Origin: Bacillota bacterium
GTDB lineage: Bacteria > Bacillota > Clostridia > Christensenellales > UBA1431
DNA: 64,000 nucleotides
Direction of reading: 5' to 3'
Assembly (NCBI GenBank): GCA_049324235.1
Contig: JBMOLJ010000033.1
Location: forward strand, 2,518-66,517
The position numbers and the translations under genes were made by a program. Positions 49,742 to 58,682 of the stretch are shown piece after piece. The notes under the pieces were generated by a model that was not told the origin of the DNA, did not search any database, and saw nothing but the letters and a program-made list of their open reading frames with translations. The stretch's first letter is position 1. Each line of letters opens with the position of its first letter.

Positions 49742-51292
49742 TTAAGGTGTTGGTGCAAGTGTCGGTTTGGGTGTTGCCGTTGGTTTTGTAGTCGGCTCTG
49801 TTGTGGGTTTGGGAGTTGGCGTCGGCTTTAGCGTGGGCGTTGGCGTGGGCGCCGAACCAACAATTGTAAGATAATTCACCGCATTATACTTGGAATGGAA
49901 GATGAGAATGCGCTCCCCCACCTGTTTGCCGTTTTTATAATAAGTTTTGTATGTGTCTGCCGTGCATCCGTTCTGTGAAGCATTGGTCTTATCTACTTCT
50001 TTATATCCCACGGGTTTGGTGGGATCCAGCTTTGTCAAATGCTTGGCATAGATCACGCTTGTTGTCACCTGCGTAATCTTCACCGTATACCCCTGTGGAT
50101 GCGGCGGCCCGTACAGTTGCACGGTGAGTCTTGACCCGGTAGCAACGGCAACGACGTATACCGGACCGGAACGCGTATTCTCGAAACGGAAGTTTTTCCC
50201 GCCGGTGGAGATTGTCGCGTCCCTTCCGGGCGGAACATAATGCGATTTCAATGAATGGTTCCAGCGTTCCACGATTTTGAGGTCCGCTTCCATCACCGCA
50301 TTGAACAGCGTGGTCGCGACCTGGCACACACCGCCGCCCGCCTCAAGCTGATACCGGTTTCCACCCGTGATTCCGTTGGCAGCCTTCCATCCGAGCTGAT
50401 AGGTTCGCGGGCCCAGCGTTGCGTTCGTATCAAATATCTCACCAGGCTTTACAATGACCCCGTTTATCAAGCCAGCGGCTCTCCCGACATTATATTTTCG
50501 GTTTGAGCTGCTGTCGCCATAATACGTGGTAAAGCTCCCGATGAGCACTGCATTCTTTTGAAGTTCTTCGGCTGTAGTGCTCGGCTCGGTCTTTTGCGCC
50601 GTCATTTGAATGGCGGAAAAATCCTGACTCGCAAAACGGTCCTGCACCGTTTTCAAAAGCGCAGCGGCATCCACCACATACCCGGTCTTTCCCTCTTCAA
50701 ACGTCGGTTTTCCGCTTGCATCCAAACCCTTGAAAGAAGGTTCTTTCGGCTCGGTGGTTGCTTCTTTTGCAAGAGCATTGACCTGTTCCTCAAGCGCTGC
50801 GGCGTCGGGGGTAAGCTTTATGGTATAATCGTAACCTTTGCCGTTTAATGTGTTGTTGACAGTGAGACGGCGCCAGTTACTTCCTGATTTATCCACAAGC
50901 ATGGCTTCTTTGAGCACGTTATCGATATCCGTCGTTATTTCCAGATTTGCCCCCGTCAGTTGCCATTGCTTTTCATCCAGCTGCAGTGTAAGCGCAAAAG
51001 TCTGCGCGGATGTGTTGTTCTGGCTCTCGACCTTATCTTTGGCCTGATCAGCCGTGAGTCCGCCCACATCCACGCCGTTTATGCGGATGTTGCTATGGAA
51101 CACGCCCGTCTCCATGATCTGCGCTGTCTGTTGATCGCTCAACGGCTGATCGACAAACGCCCAGACCGCGCCGCCTCCGAGAAGTAACGCCAGTACGCCC
51201 AATACTACAAGCAAAATATTCTTCTTTTTTGAAAAAAACGGTTTTCCGTCCCCGGGCTTACCTTTCCGGTCCTGCGCATTGATTTCTGTCAT
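49742..51292 (-). CDS. VanW domain envelope protein (TM anchor, PG-binding-like, VanW, G5-like, PT-rich tail)
   Basis: TM LLVVLGVLALLLGG, INGVDVGGLTADQAKDKV, VanW core GGGVCQVATTLFNA, and a C-terminal PTPTPTLKPTPTPKPTT tail. Confidence 0.85.
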   Translation of the reverse strand: MTEINAQDRKGKPGDGKPFFSKKKNILLVVLGVLALLLGGGAVWAFVDQPLSDQQTAQIMETGVFHSNIRINGVDVGGLTADQAKDKVESQNNTSAQTFALTLQLDEKQWQLTGANLEITTDIDNVLKEAMLVDKSGSNWRRLTVNNTLNGKGYDYTIKLTPDAAALEEQVNALAKEATTEPKEPSFKGLDASGKPTFEEGKTGYVVDAAALLKTVQDRFASQDFSAIQMTAQKTEPSTTAEELQKNAVLIGSFTTYYGDSSSNRKYNVGRAAGLINGVIVKPGEIFDTNATLGPRTYQLGWKAANGITGGNRYQLEAGGGVCQVATTLFNAVMEADLKIVERWNHSLKSHYVPPGRDATISTGGKNFRFENTRSGPVYVVAVATGSRLTVQLYGPPHPQGYTVKITQVTTSVIYAKHLTKLDPTKPVGYKEVDKTNASQNGCTADTYKTYYKNGKQVGERILIFHSKYNAVNYLTIVGSAPTPTPTLKPTPTPKPTTEPTTKPTATPKPTLAPTP

Positions 51293-51444
51293 AACACTTT
51301 TCCCTTATCCACATAAATTTGCTCGTTTAAACAGCGAAAAAATATACCGCAGCCGCCACTGTCAAACTACGGCTCAGCGCCGGTATGCATGCAACTGCTG
51401 CCATTTTGGTTATACTTAACTTATACTGTTATAATATCCCTTTT

Positions 51445-51473
51445 ATTATAACATCCGGCCACCCTGCGCGCAA
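51445..51473 (-). promoter_or_regulatory. promoter of VanW paralog 1
   Basis: TTGCGC (51473..51468), 17-nt spacer, TGTTATAAT (hexamer 51450..51445). Confidence 0.55.
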
Positions 51474-51510
51474 CGTTGATATTCTATAATTCGAGCCATT
51501 TTGTCATCAC

Positions 51511-51550
51511 AAGAAAAGCACCGGTACAATGAATAACGCACCGATGCTTT
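51511..51550 (-). terminator. intrinsic terminator after VanW paralog 2
   Basis: AAAGCATCGGT...ACCGGTGCTTT stem with one mismatch, then TTTTCTT on the gene strand. Confidence 0.65.
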
Positions 51551-51572
51551 AATGTTATTTACAGGCGTTCCA

Positions 51573-53096
51573 TCATGACGTTGGCGCCGGCGTTGCCGGC
51601 GGCGGGGCTGTCGGTGCGGTTGTCGGCTTCGTTGTAGGTTTGGGCGTCTTGGCGGGACCGACGATAATCTTGGAGCGCACTGCCGGATAAGTGTCCGCAT
51701 AGATCAGGATCGGCTGCCCGACCTGCTTGCCGTCCTTATAATAGGTTTTATACGTCCTCGATTTCTTGCCCACATGGTAAAGCGAGACCTCTTCCCTGTA
51801 CCCTGCGGGTTTGGATTTGTCTACGGTTACCAGCGCGGGCGCGGGGTAAAACGTGCTCACCAACTGGGATGTGATCTTGACGGTATATCCCTTGGGATGA
51901 GGCGGCCCGTACAGCTCCACAGTGATATTCTTACGCCCGTCAACCCGCATCGCGACATATACGGGTCCTGAACGGGTGTTTTTGAAACGGAAGTTGGGCC
52001 CGCCGGTGGAGATCGTCGCATCCTGGCCTATTTTTACATAGGTCGAGGGAAAAGAATGGTTTTTCCGCTCCACTACCTCGAGATCCGCGCGCAATACCGC
52101 GCCAAAAAGGGTTGTGGAAATCTGGCAAACGCCGCCTCCCGGCTGGACCTCGTAACGCGACCCGTCGACGATGCCGTTTGCGCCCTTCCACCCCAGCGCA
52201 TACGTGCGCGGCCCGAGGAGCGCGTTGATGTCAAAAATCTCGCCCGGCTGCACGGCGGTGCCGTTCAGGATCCTGACGCCTTTTTCGATATTGAATTCCC
52301 TGTTTGAGTTGCTGTCATAATTGGTCGTAAATGCGCCAATCAGCACCGTGTTCTCCCGGAGCTCCCTGGCCGTCATTTTCGGTTCGGTTTTATTTGCCGT
52401 TAGTTCAATAAGCGAAAAATCCTGACTCGCAAAACGGTCCTGCACCGTTTTCAAGAGCATCGCGGCATCCACAGTGTACCCTGCTTTCCCTTCGGCGAAA
52501 ACGGGTTTTCCGCTTTTATCCACGCCCTGAAAAGCCGGTTCTTCAGCATCTGTGGAGGCGTCTGCGGCGACCCGGCCGGTCTGTTCTTTAAGTACCGCGG
52601 GGTCGGCGGTGAGCGTTACGGAATAATCGTGGCCTTTGCCGTTCAATGTGTTTTCCGTTGTCAGCCGGCGCCAGTAGCTTCCCGATTTTTCGAGCAGCAT
52701 CGCCTCTTTGAGTATGTTATCGATATCCGAAGTTATTTTCAGCTCGGTGCCCGTAAGCTTCCATTTTTGGTTATTGAGTCGGAATTCAAGTTGATAAGTT
52801 GCCGTGGATGCATTTTTCGCCTGTTCTACTTTCTCCTTAGCTTGGGCGGCCGTGAGTCCGCCGATATCTACATGGTTTATGCGGATGTTATTGTGGAATA
52901 CGCCCGTCTCCATGAGCTGGGCAACCTCTTCATCGCTCAGAGGCTGGTCGATTAAGGCCCAGACCGCAAGGCCCCCCAGGATAAGCAGCAGCGCACCCAG
53001 CACCACAAGCATGATATTCTTCTTTTGTGAAAAAAACGTTTTCTTTTCCTCGGGCGCATTCGGTTGGCTGGTCACCTGCTCATTGTTCTCATCCAT
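51573..53096 (-). CDS. VanW domain envelope protein, paralog 2
   Basis: Same architecture as paralog 1 and roughly 60 percent identical to it by eye. ATG 53096 behind GGGAGA preferred over the GTG at 53111. Confidence 0.85.
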   Translation of the reverse strand: MDENNEQVTSQPNAPEEKKTFFSQKKNIMLVVLGALLLILGGLAVWALIDQPLSDEEVAQLMETGVFHNNIRINHVDIGGLTAAQAKEKVEQAKNASTATYQLEFRLNNQKWKLTGTELKITSDIDNILKEAMLLEKSGSYWRRLTTENTLNGKGHDYSVTLTADPAVLKEQTGRVAADASTDAEEPAFQGVDKSGKPVFAEGKAGYTVDAAMLLKTVQDRFASQDFSLIELTANKTEPKMTARELRENTVLIGAFTTNYDSNSNREFNIEKGVRILNGTAVQPGEIFDINALLGPRTYALGWKGANGIVDGSRYEVQPGGGVCQISTTLFGAVLRADLEVVERKNHSFPSTYVKIGQDATISTGGPNFRFKNTRSGPVYVAMRVDGRKNITVELYGPPHPKGYTVKITSQLVSTFYPAPALVTVDKSKPAGYREEVSLYHVGKKSRTYKTYYKDGKQVGQPILIYADTYPAVRSKIIVGPAKTPKPTTKPTTAPTAPPPATPAPTS

Positions 53097-53189
53097 AACA
53101 CATTCTCCCACTTAACAAATACGTATCATAAATCCTGAATCCGTCATAAAAATCATACACAACGCAGGAATTCATTGAAAGGCTTATGT

Positions 53190-54737
53190 TTACGAATCCC
53201 CGGGGGACGAGGGTGGCGACGTCTTTGCCGGAGTTGCGGCCGGGGTCTTTGTCGCCTGCGGGGCCGGCGTGGCCTTGGGCGTGGGCGTGGGTGCGGGCGT
53301 AGGCATCGACCCTACGGAAATCTCGCCCTGGAACGGCCGGTAATAGTCCTGATGGTCCAGAACCTTATCGTACTGCTTCCCGTCCTTGTAGTAATGCTTA
53401 TAGACTTCCACGCGGTATCCGCTCTTGGATGGAGAGAGTTCATCCTCCTCTCCCATCGGCTTGGTTGGGTCCTTTGTATATTTCGGCGTGGGCGGCGTAA
53501 TCGTCTCGGTGATTACGGATTCGAGGGTAATGGTGTAGTCGAGCGGCTTGCCGTAGATCTCAACCGAACATTTGTAGTTGGTTGCGTATGCAAAGATATA
53601 GATCGGATTGTTCTGGTTGTTCACGAATTTAAAGTCCGGGCCGTAGGAAGAAATCGTCGCGTCGCGCCCGATTTTCACATACGAAGAAGGCCAGGAATGA
53701 TGCTGGCGTGCCGTGACCTTGAAATCCCCCAGCAATACCGCATTGTAAAGCGTGGAGGATACCTGGCACACGCCGCCGCCGGGCTGGTCTGTATAGGTGC
53801 CGTTCTCTATGCCCGGCGCAAGCTTCCAACCGGATTCTTCGGTACGAATACCTGCAAGGGCATTGATGGAAAACTCTTCACCAGGCTGAATAATCTGGCA
53901 GTTTATGATACCGGCCAGTTTTTTTATGTTATCCCTGCGGTTTTGCGAGCTGGAGCTGGGGATGTTGGTCGTGAAGCCCGAAACGAGCTTGGTTACCGCA
54001 CGGATATCATCGACCGTCTTTTTTGGCTCCGTTTTAACCGCTTTGAGCGTAATGGGCGTATGGTCCTTGTTCTTGAGCTGCTCCATCACCGTTGTAAAAA
54101 CTTCGGTTTCGTCCGTTTCCAGTCCGGGGCTTCCTTCATGGTAAATGAACTTTCCTCCCGAACCGCTTTTATTTATCTCGGCATAAGGCTCTTTTGGCGG
54201 GCTGTTGATCTCGTCGACCACCGCATCCACAGCGGTTTTTACGTTGGATTCCTCATATGTATACGTAACCTCAAAATTCAGGGTCTTTGCGCCCGTTTGG
54301 CTCCATTGCGTAATCAGGCTGCCCTGATACCCGACAAACAGGGCATTCTCCATCTGTTCATCCCAATTATAAGAAAACTTCATGTTTTCCGGCGTTAAAT
54401 CCCAGGTCTGGTCCTCATACACGAGTTCAATGGTTGCGTCATCATGCATTTGTTGTTTCACAGGCTCCACCGCACCCAGGGCTTGTTCATAGGTCATGCC
54501 CGAAAGGTCCACACCGGCCACGCTTACGCCGTCACGGTAAACCAGCGTCTGCCTGAGCCGTGCTTTATCTTCATTAGATAAAGGCCTATCGGCAAAAAGA
54601 AAGAGCGCAAGCCCTGCAAGAAGCAAAACTGCAACGCTGACGATAATAAACCTTCGTTTGTTCTTTATGCTGAAAACACGTACTCCCGTACCCGCTTTTT
54701 TTGCTCTTCGCCTCTTTTTCGAACTGAAATTTCTCAT
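53190..54737 (-). CDS. VanW domain envelope protein, paralog 3 (more divergent)
   Basis: TM anchor, VAGVDLSGMTYEQALGAV, GGGVCQVSSTLYNA, and a PT-rich tail. RBS GGGGGA. Confidence 0.85.
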   Translation of the reverse strand: MRNFSSKKRRRAKKAGTGVRVFSIKNKRRFIIVSVAVLLLAGLALFLFADRPLSNEDKARLRQTLVYRDGVSVAGVDLSGMTYEQALGAVEPVKQQMHDDATIELVYEDQTWDLTPENMKFSYNWDEQMENALFVGYQGSLITQWSQTGAKTLNFEVTYTYEESNVKTAVDAVVDEINSPPKEPYAEINKSGSGGKFIYHEGSPGLETDETEVFTTVMEQLKNKDHTPITLKAVKTEPKKTVDDIRAVTKLVSGFTTNIPSSSSQNRRDNIKKLAGIINCQIIQPGEEFSINALAGIRTEESGWKLAPGIENGTYTDQPGGGVCQVSSTLYNAVLLGDFKVTARQHHSWPSSYVKIGRDATISSYGPDFKFVNNQNNPIYIFAYATNYKCSVEIYGKPLDYTITLESVITETITPPTPKYTKDPTKPMGEEDELSPSKSGYRVEVYKHYYKDGKQYDKVLDHQDYYRPFQGEISVGSMPTPAPTPTPKATPAPQATKTPAATPAKTSPPSSPGDS

Positions 54738-54801
54738 TCATTCCCCCGCACTTTTTCAAAGCCCCCAAAGGCGCCGGGTGCTTAACACATATATTATCTA
54801 C

Positions 54802-54830
54802 ATGATATAATAATTCAAATTCCTTGTAAA
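54802..54830 (-). promoter_or_regulatory. promoter of VanW paralogs 3-2
   Basis: TTTACA (54830..54825), 17-nt spacer, TATCAT (54807..54802). Confidence 0.5.
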
Positions 54831-54885
54831 CAATTTATGACACATTTCACGCCCCGTGCCTTTGGTGCTTTGTGGCAATTGCCGG

Positions 54886-54924
54886 CCAAAAACGGGGCGG
54901 TACCTTAAAACGGTTCCCGCCCCG
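54886..54924 (-). terminator. intrinsic terminator after lipoprotein gene
   Basis: CGGGGCGG...CCGCCCCG stem followed by TTTTTGG on the gene strand. Confidence 0.75.
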
Positions 54925-54957
54925 CGCAATATCATATGGTCCTGCTTCATGCATTGC

Positions 54958-55530
54958 TCAGATGCCGCCGAGCTGCAGCGTGATTTTATCGTTGGTAAGC
55001 ATGCTGTCAAAAGTCAGCGTACCTACCTTTGTTCCTTTGGGGGCCGTGAAGATAACGGAGCCGGTAAGCGTACCCCCGGCCTGCACATTGCCGTCAATCG
55101 TTTTGATCGTCACGCCCTTGCTTGCCAACTCCATAGAGACGTTCATCATGTCCTCGGAAAGGAATGAGGTTAATTGGTTATTGGAGGTATCGGCTGCCGA
55201 GAAATACATAACTGAGCTGATCGCCTGTTCTGTTGCCGACTTGTTGGTCAGTGAGCACTCAATAAGAATCGCCTCATTGCCGCTTGACAATTCATAGTGG
55301 TTTACACCCGTGACCGCCAGATCAAAATTCGCCGAACTTCCCGACTGAGTGACCGTACCGTTGTTCGTATTATTGGTATTCTGCGTCGGCGCCGCCGTCT
55401 GTGCCTCCTGACCCTGCGTGGTCGTTACATTGTTGCCCTGGTCCGTAGCCGCAGGCGCCTGCGTTTGGCCGCATGCCGCCAAACCCAGCAGCAGCGCAAG
55501 TGCGAGCATGATAATCCATACTTTTTTCAT
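54958..55530 (-). CDS. putative lipoprotein (beta-rich, DUF4352-like)
   Basis: Lipobox LLLGLAACGQ, a low-complexity Q/T/N linker, then a beta-rich domain. The family call is tentative. Confidence 0.65.
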   Translation of the reverse strand: MKKVWIIMLALALLLGLAACGQTQAPAATDQGNNVTTTQGQEAQTAAPTQNTNNTNNGTVTQSGSSANFDLAVTGVNHYELSSGNEAILIECSLTNKSATEQAISSVMYFSAADTSNNQLTSFLSEDMMNVSMELASKGVTIKTIDGNVQAGGTLTGSVIFTAPKGTKVGTLTFDSMLTNDKITLQLGGI

Positions 55531-55680
55531 AAAAACCTCTCCTCAACTTGTAATAATTGGTCTTTTAGCCAAGAGCTTTATATCAATGATAATGTCACCG
55601 GATTGCGAATACAAGAAACGTTTCATCACGCACTTTACAATCTGATATCAGCGGAAAAACGTAGTATTTTCGCTCTCCTG

Positions 55681-56073
55681 CTAGGTATGTATGATCTGAA
55701 CGTACACCTTCCGTGTGCGCGGGCCGTCGAACTCGCAGAAATAAATGCCCTGCCAGGTCCCCAGCTGGAGCGCCCCGTTTTCAATGATGACCGTTTGCGA
55801 TGTCCCTATCAGCGCAGCCTTAATATGCGCGTCCGAATTGCCTTCCATATGCCTGTACGGGAGCTTGGGCACCATTTCCGAAAACGCCGCGAGCATGTCG
55901 CGCACAACATCCGGATCGGCGTTCTCGTTTATGGTGACGCCTGCGGTCGTATGCGGCACATACACAAGGCATATGCCGTTTTCAATCTGTGAATCCTTCA
56001 CAGCCTGTGAAACCGCACGCGTTATGTCCACCATCTGGCAGCGCTCGCACGTCGGAACGGTCAGAACCTGCAT
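55681..56073 (-). CDS. yjbQ: YjbQ/UPF0047 family (secondary thiamine-phosphate synthase-like)
   Basis: VPHTTAGVTINENADPDV and GNSDAHIKAALIG motifs. Start trimmed to MQVLTV. Confidence 0.85.
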   Translation of the reverse strand: MQVLTVPTCERCQMVDITRAVSQAVKDSQIENGICLVYVPHTTAGVTINENADPDVVRDMLAAFSEMVPKLPYRHMEGNSDAHIKAALIGTSQTVIIENGALQLGTWQGIYFCEFDGPRTRKVYVQIIHT

Positions 56074-56101
56074 CGCAGCATTCGCCCCTTTCTTAAAGGC
56101 T

Positions 56102-56749
56102 TTATGCCTGCTGATCATCGCGCTCATTATCGTTCATGCGGTAAATAAGCGTATACAAGCTGTCGTTCAGATGCACGTTTTCAATGCAGACGCCCCTGCG
56201 CGCATCAACATCAACAGGCGCGAAGTTCCAGATGGATTTGATGCCCACGCCGATGACCATATCGGCTATCTCCTGCGCGTTTTCCTTGGGCGTCGTTATG
56301 ATGCACAGGTCCACATGGTTTTCCTTGGCAAATACATGCAGCGAATCGATGTCCATAATCGTTTTATTGCGGATGGTGTTTCCGATGAGTTTGGGATTGA
56401 CATCGAATATCCCGATAATGTTAAAGCCCTCTTTTTCAAAGCCCATGTAATTTGCAAGCGCCTGCCCGATATTGCCTGCACCCACAAGAATAACCTTATA
56501 CTCCCGGTTCAGGCCTATGATGTCCTTTATTTCCTTTTTGAGCATCTTTACGTGATAGCCGTATCCCTGCTGGCCGAATCCCCCGAAACAATTCAGATCC
56601 TGCCGTATCTGCGTCGCCTTAATGCCCATTTTTTTGCTCAGCTCCTGCGACGAGATACGTTCAACGCCTATACGCTCCAATTCCTTGAGGTAGCGGTAAT
56701 ACTTGGGCAGTCTCCTGATGACCGCTTCGGATACTTTCTCTTTCTTCAT
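56102..56749 (-). CDS. rex: redox-sensing transcriptional repressor Rex
   Basis: RRLPKYYRYL, SSQELSKKMGIKATQIRQDL, and Rossmann VILVGAGNIGQAL. Start behind AAGGAGG. Confidence 0.9.
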   Translation of the reverse strand: MKKEKVSEAVIRRLPKYYRYLKELERIGVERISSQELSKKMGIKATQIRQDLNCFGGFGQQGYGYHVKMLKKEIKDIIGLNREYKVILVGAGNIGQALANYMGFEKEGFNIIGIFDVNPKLIGNTIRNKTIMDIDSLHVFAKENHVDLCIITTPKENAQEIADMVIGVGIKSIWNFAPVDVDARRGVCIENVHLNDSLYTLIYRMNDNERDDQQA

Positions 56750-56765
56750 AAGCGCCTCCTTTGCA

Positions 56766-56783
56766 TTGTTAGCAGTATAACAC
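56766..56783 (-). promoter_or_regulatory. candidate Rex operator overlapping the rex -10
   Basis: Gene strand reads GTGTTATACTGCTAACAA and contains TGTTATACT (extended -10). Matches 11 of 14 specified consensus positions and 14 of 18 positions of the rnfC box. Confidence 0.4.
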
Positions 56784-56894
56784 ATTCGGCATATTGTTTG
56801 CGCATTGTTTGTTTTATGTTTTCATAATACTTAAGCGTTTATTTCACTAATGCTGCAGGGGCACCCCTGCATCGGGTACAGTGAGTCTTAGTTT

Positions 56895-57557
56895 TCAGTC
56901 GGCAGTGACCATGTGTTTACGTGCTTTATTGATATGTTCTATCATCAGTTGTTCTGCGCGCGTACTCTCTTTTTTCTCCATCGCGCTGAGTATTTCCCTG
57001 TGCTCCCCGACCGCCTCCGCGGCACGCTCGCTGTCGCTTAAAGACTGCATCCGCGCCCTGGAAGCATTATGCGTCAATACCGTCAGCGTATGCCGCAGCA
57101 CACGCGAATCACACGCCTTATACACCGTATCATGAAACTCGGTATCGAGCCGGGTAAGCTTTTCGTAATCGTTTTTATGTGTATACATCTCCATCAGTTG
57201 AACGATTTCCTGCAGATGATCCACCTGCTCGGATGTGATGCGCTCCGTAGCCCAGCGGACGCACAGGCCCTCGAGCAGGGAGCGTATCGCATAGATGTCG
57301 TCGATATCCTTTTCGGAAACGCCAACCACCACGGCGCCCTTGTTGGGTACGCTAAGGACCAGTTCTTCCAATTCGAGCTGGCGCAGCGCCTCGCGCACCG
57401 GCGTACGTGAAACGCCCAATTCTCCGGCCAGACGGGTTTCTATCAGGTTATCGCCCGGCTTATATTCTCCGTTGATGATGGCCAGGCGTATGGCATGATA
57501 CACCCGCCAGCTCAGCGAGCCTTGTTCTTCCGCGCCATATTCACCCAGCTTCTCCAT
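56895..57557 (-). CDS. GntR family regulator with FCD (FadR-type) C-terminal domain
   Basis: GDNLIETRLAGELGVSRTPVREAL winged helix plus a helical FCD region. Confidence 0.85.
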   Translation of the reverse strand: MEKLGEYGAEEQGSLSWRVYHAIRLAIINGEYKPGDNLIETRLAGELGVSRTPVREALRQLELEELVLSVPNKGAVVVGVSEKDIDDIYAIRSLLEGLCVRWATERITSEQVDHLQEIVQLMEMYTHKNDYEKLTRLDTEFHDTVYKACDSRVLRHTLTVLTHNASRARMQSLSDSERAAEAVGEHREILSAMEKKESTRAEQLMIEHINKARKHMVTAD

Positions 57558-57578
57558 TGAAACTACTCCTAATGTTTT

Positions 57579-58121
57579 CTAAACGCCTCTCGGCGCAAAA
57601 AATACCAGCCCCGCGATGGCGGACAATACGATAAGTATTGTCGGCGAAACGTTTTTTACAAGCGCAAGCGCAACAATCACTGCAAATATGATCACCGAAC
57701 CGGCATCCAGACCACCGGCCGGCGAAAAGAGGGACGAGGACGCAAAAGCGATCATCGCGGCGGTAATCAGGCTCACGACCACCGGGCGCATGCCGTAGAG
57801 CGCACCCTGCACCAGCCGGGAATCCATGGCCTTGAAAAAGAACCGCGCCGCCAGCATGGAAACAATTGCGCAGGGCAGCACCACGCCCAGCGTTGCGACC
57901 ACCGCACCGCCCACGCCCATGGTGCGCATGCCCGCAAACGTAGCGGCATTGACCGCGACAGGACCGGGCGTCATCTGGGAGATGGCCACCATATCCGTCA
58001 CCTCGGACAGCGTCATGTATCCGGCGTGAACCAGCTCCTGCTGCATCAGCGGGATCATCGCATAACCGCCGCCGATGCTGAACAGCCCGATCTTGAAAAA
58101 TATCCAGAATAACGAGAGCAT
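57579..58121 (-). CDS. short chromate-transporter (CHR) family protein, C-terminal-half type
   Basis: IGLFSIGGGYAMIPL motif. 180 aa. Start overlaps the upstream stop by 1 nt. Confidence 0.85.
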   Translation of the reverse strand: MLSLFWIFFKIGLFSIGGGYAMIPLMQQELVHAGYMTLSEVTDMVAISQMTPGPVAVNAATFAGMRTMGVGGAVVATLGVVLPCAIVSMLAARFFFKAMDSRLVQGALYGMRPVVVSLITAAMIAFASSSLFSPAGGLDAGSVIIFAVIVALALVKNVSPTILIVLSAIAGLVFFAPRGV

Positions 58122-58681
58122 CAGGCTATCCCTCCCCGTTTAAAGGCATAGCCCAGTACGCCGCCCGCTAAAATGATCCAAATGGCGTAAACGCCTGAAA
58201 AAAGCGATGCGCACAATGCCACAGCGAAGAACAGCACCGTCCAAACGTCTTTTAGCACTCTCCTGCCCATGCGCACCGCAACGGACGCCAGCAACGCGGT
58301 GACGCCTACGCTAAGACCGCGGAACGCCGCGTTCACCCACGGGTTTGTCCTGAACGCCTGATAAAACAGCGTAACAACCATCAGCGCCAGCAAGGAAGGA
58401 AGGGTCACGCCGACAGCGGCGGCCACCGCGCCCCATACGCCGGCCACACGGTATCCTGTCATGACCGAGCTGTTGATCGCGATAACGCCAGGAAGCGATT
58501 GGGATACGGCGATAATGTCTATCATCTCTTCCTCGGCTATCCACTTCTTCTTCCCCGCAAACTCGCGTTCGATCACCGCGACCATGGCAAGCCCGCCTCC
58601 AAACGTTATGGCTCCTATCTTGAGCGTTGATAAAAACAGTTCGCCAAGGAGCCGCCAGTTTGGTTTGCGCTGTTTCTCCAT
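58121..58681 (-). CDS. short chromate-transporter (CHR) family protein, N-terminal-half type
   Basis: KIGAITFGGGLAMV motif. Start trimmed to MEKQRKP, whose ATG lies 1 nt after the aconitase TGA. Confidence 0.85.
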   Translation of the reverse strand: MEKQRKPNWRLLGELFLSTLKIGAITFGGGLAMVAVIEREFAGKKKWIAEEEMIDIIAVSQSLPGVIAINSSVMTGYRVAGVWGAVAAAVGVTLPSLLALMVVTLFYQAFRTNPWVNAAFRGLSVGVTALLASVAVRMGRRVLKDVWTVLFFAVALCASLFSGVYAIWIILAGGVLGYAFKRGGIA

Positions 58682-58682
58682 C

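Noticed and set aside
49530-49860. Repetitive ACN/CCN-rich DNA at the ends of the VanW-type genes (also about 51575..51660 and 53195..53300). Considered as tandem repeats or a CRISPR-like array.
   Set aside because: The units are irregular in length and sequence, and lie in frame as Pro/Thr/Lys linker codons. These are low-complexity coding tails, not a repeat array.
53175-54398. 407-aa plus-strand ORF opposite VanW paralog 3.
   Set aside because: Starts with an Arg/Gly/Cys repeat that is the antisense of the PT-rich tail. The minus frame has the VanW motifs.
55745-56827. 360-aa plus-strand ORF spanning yjbQ and rex.
   Set aside because: It crosses an intergenic gap and is antisense to two recognisable genes.
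56852-56869. TGCAGGGG-CA-CCCCTGCA hairpin after the GntR gene.
   Set aside because: The loop is too tight and there is no T tract. It may pause or stabilise RNA, but it is not supportable as an intrinsic terminator.
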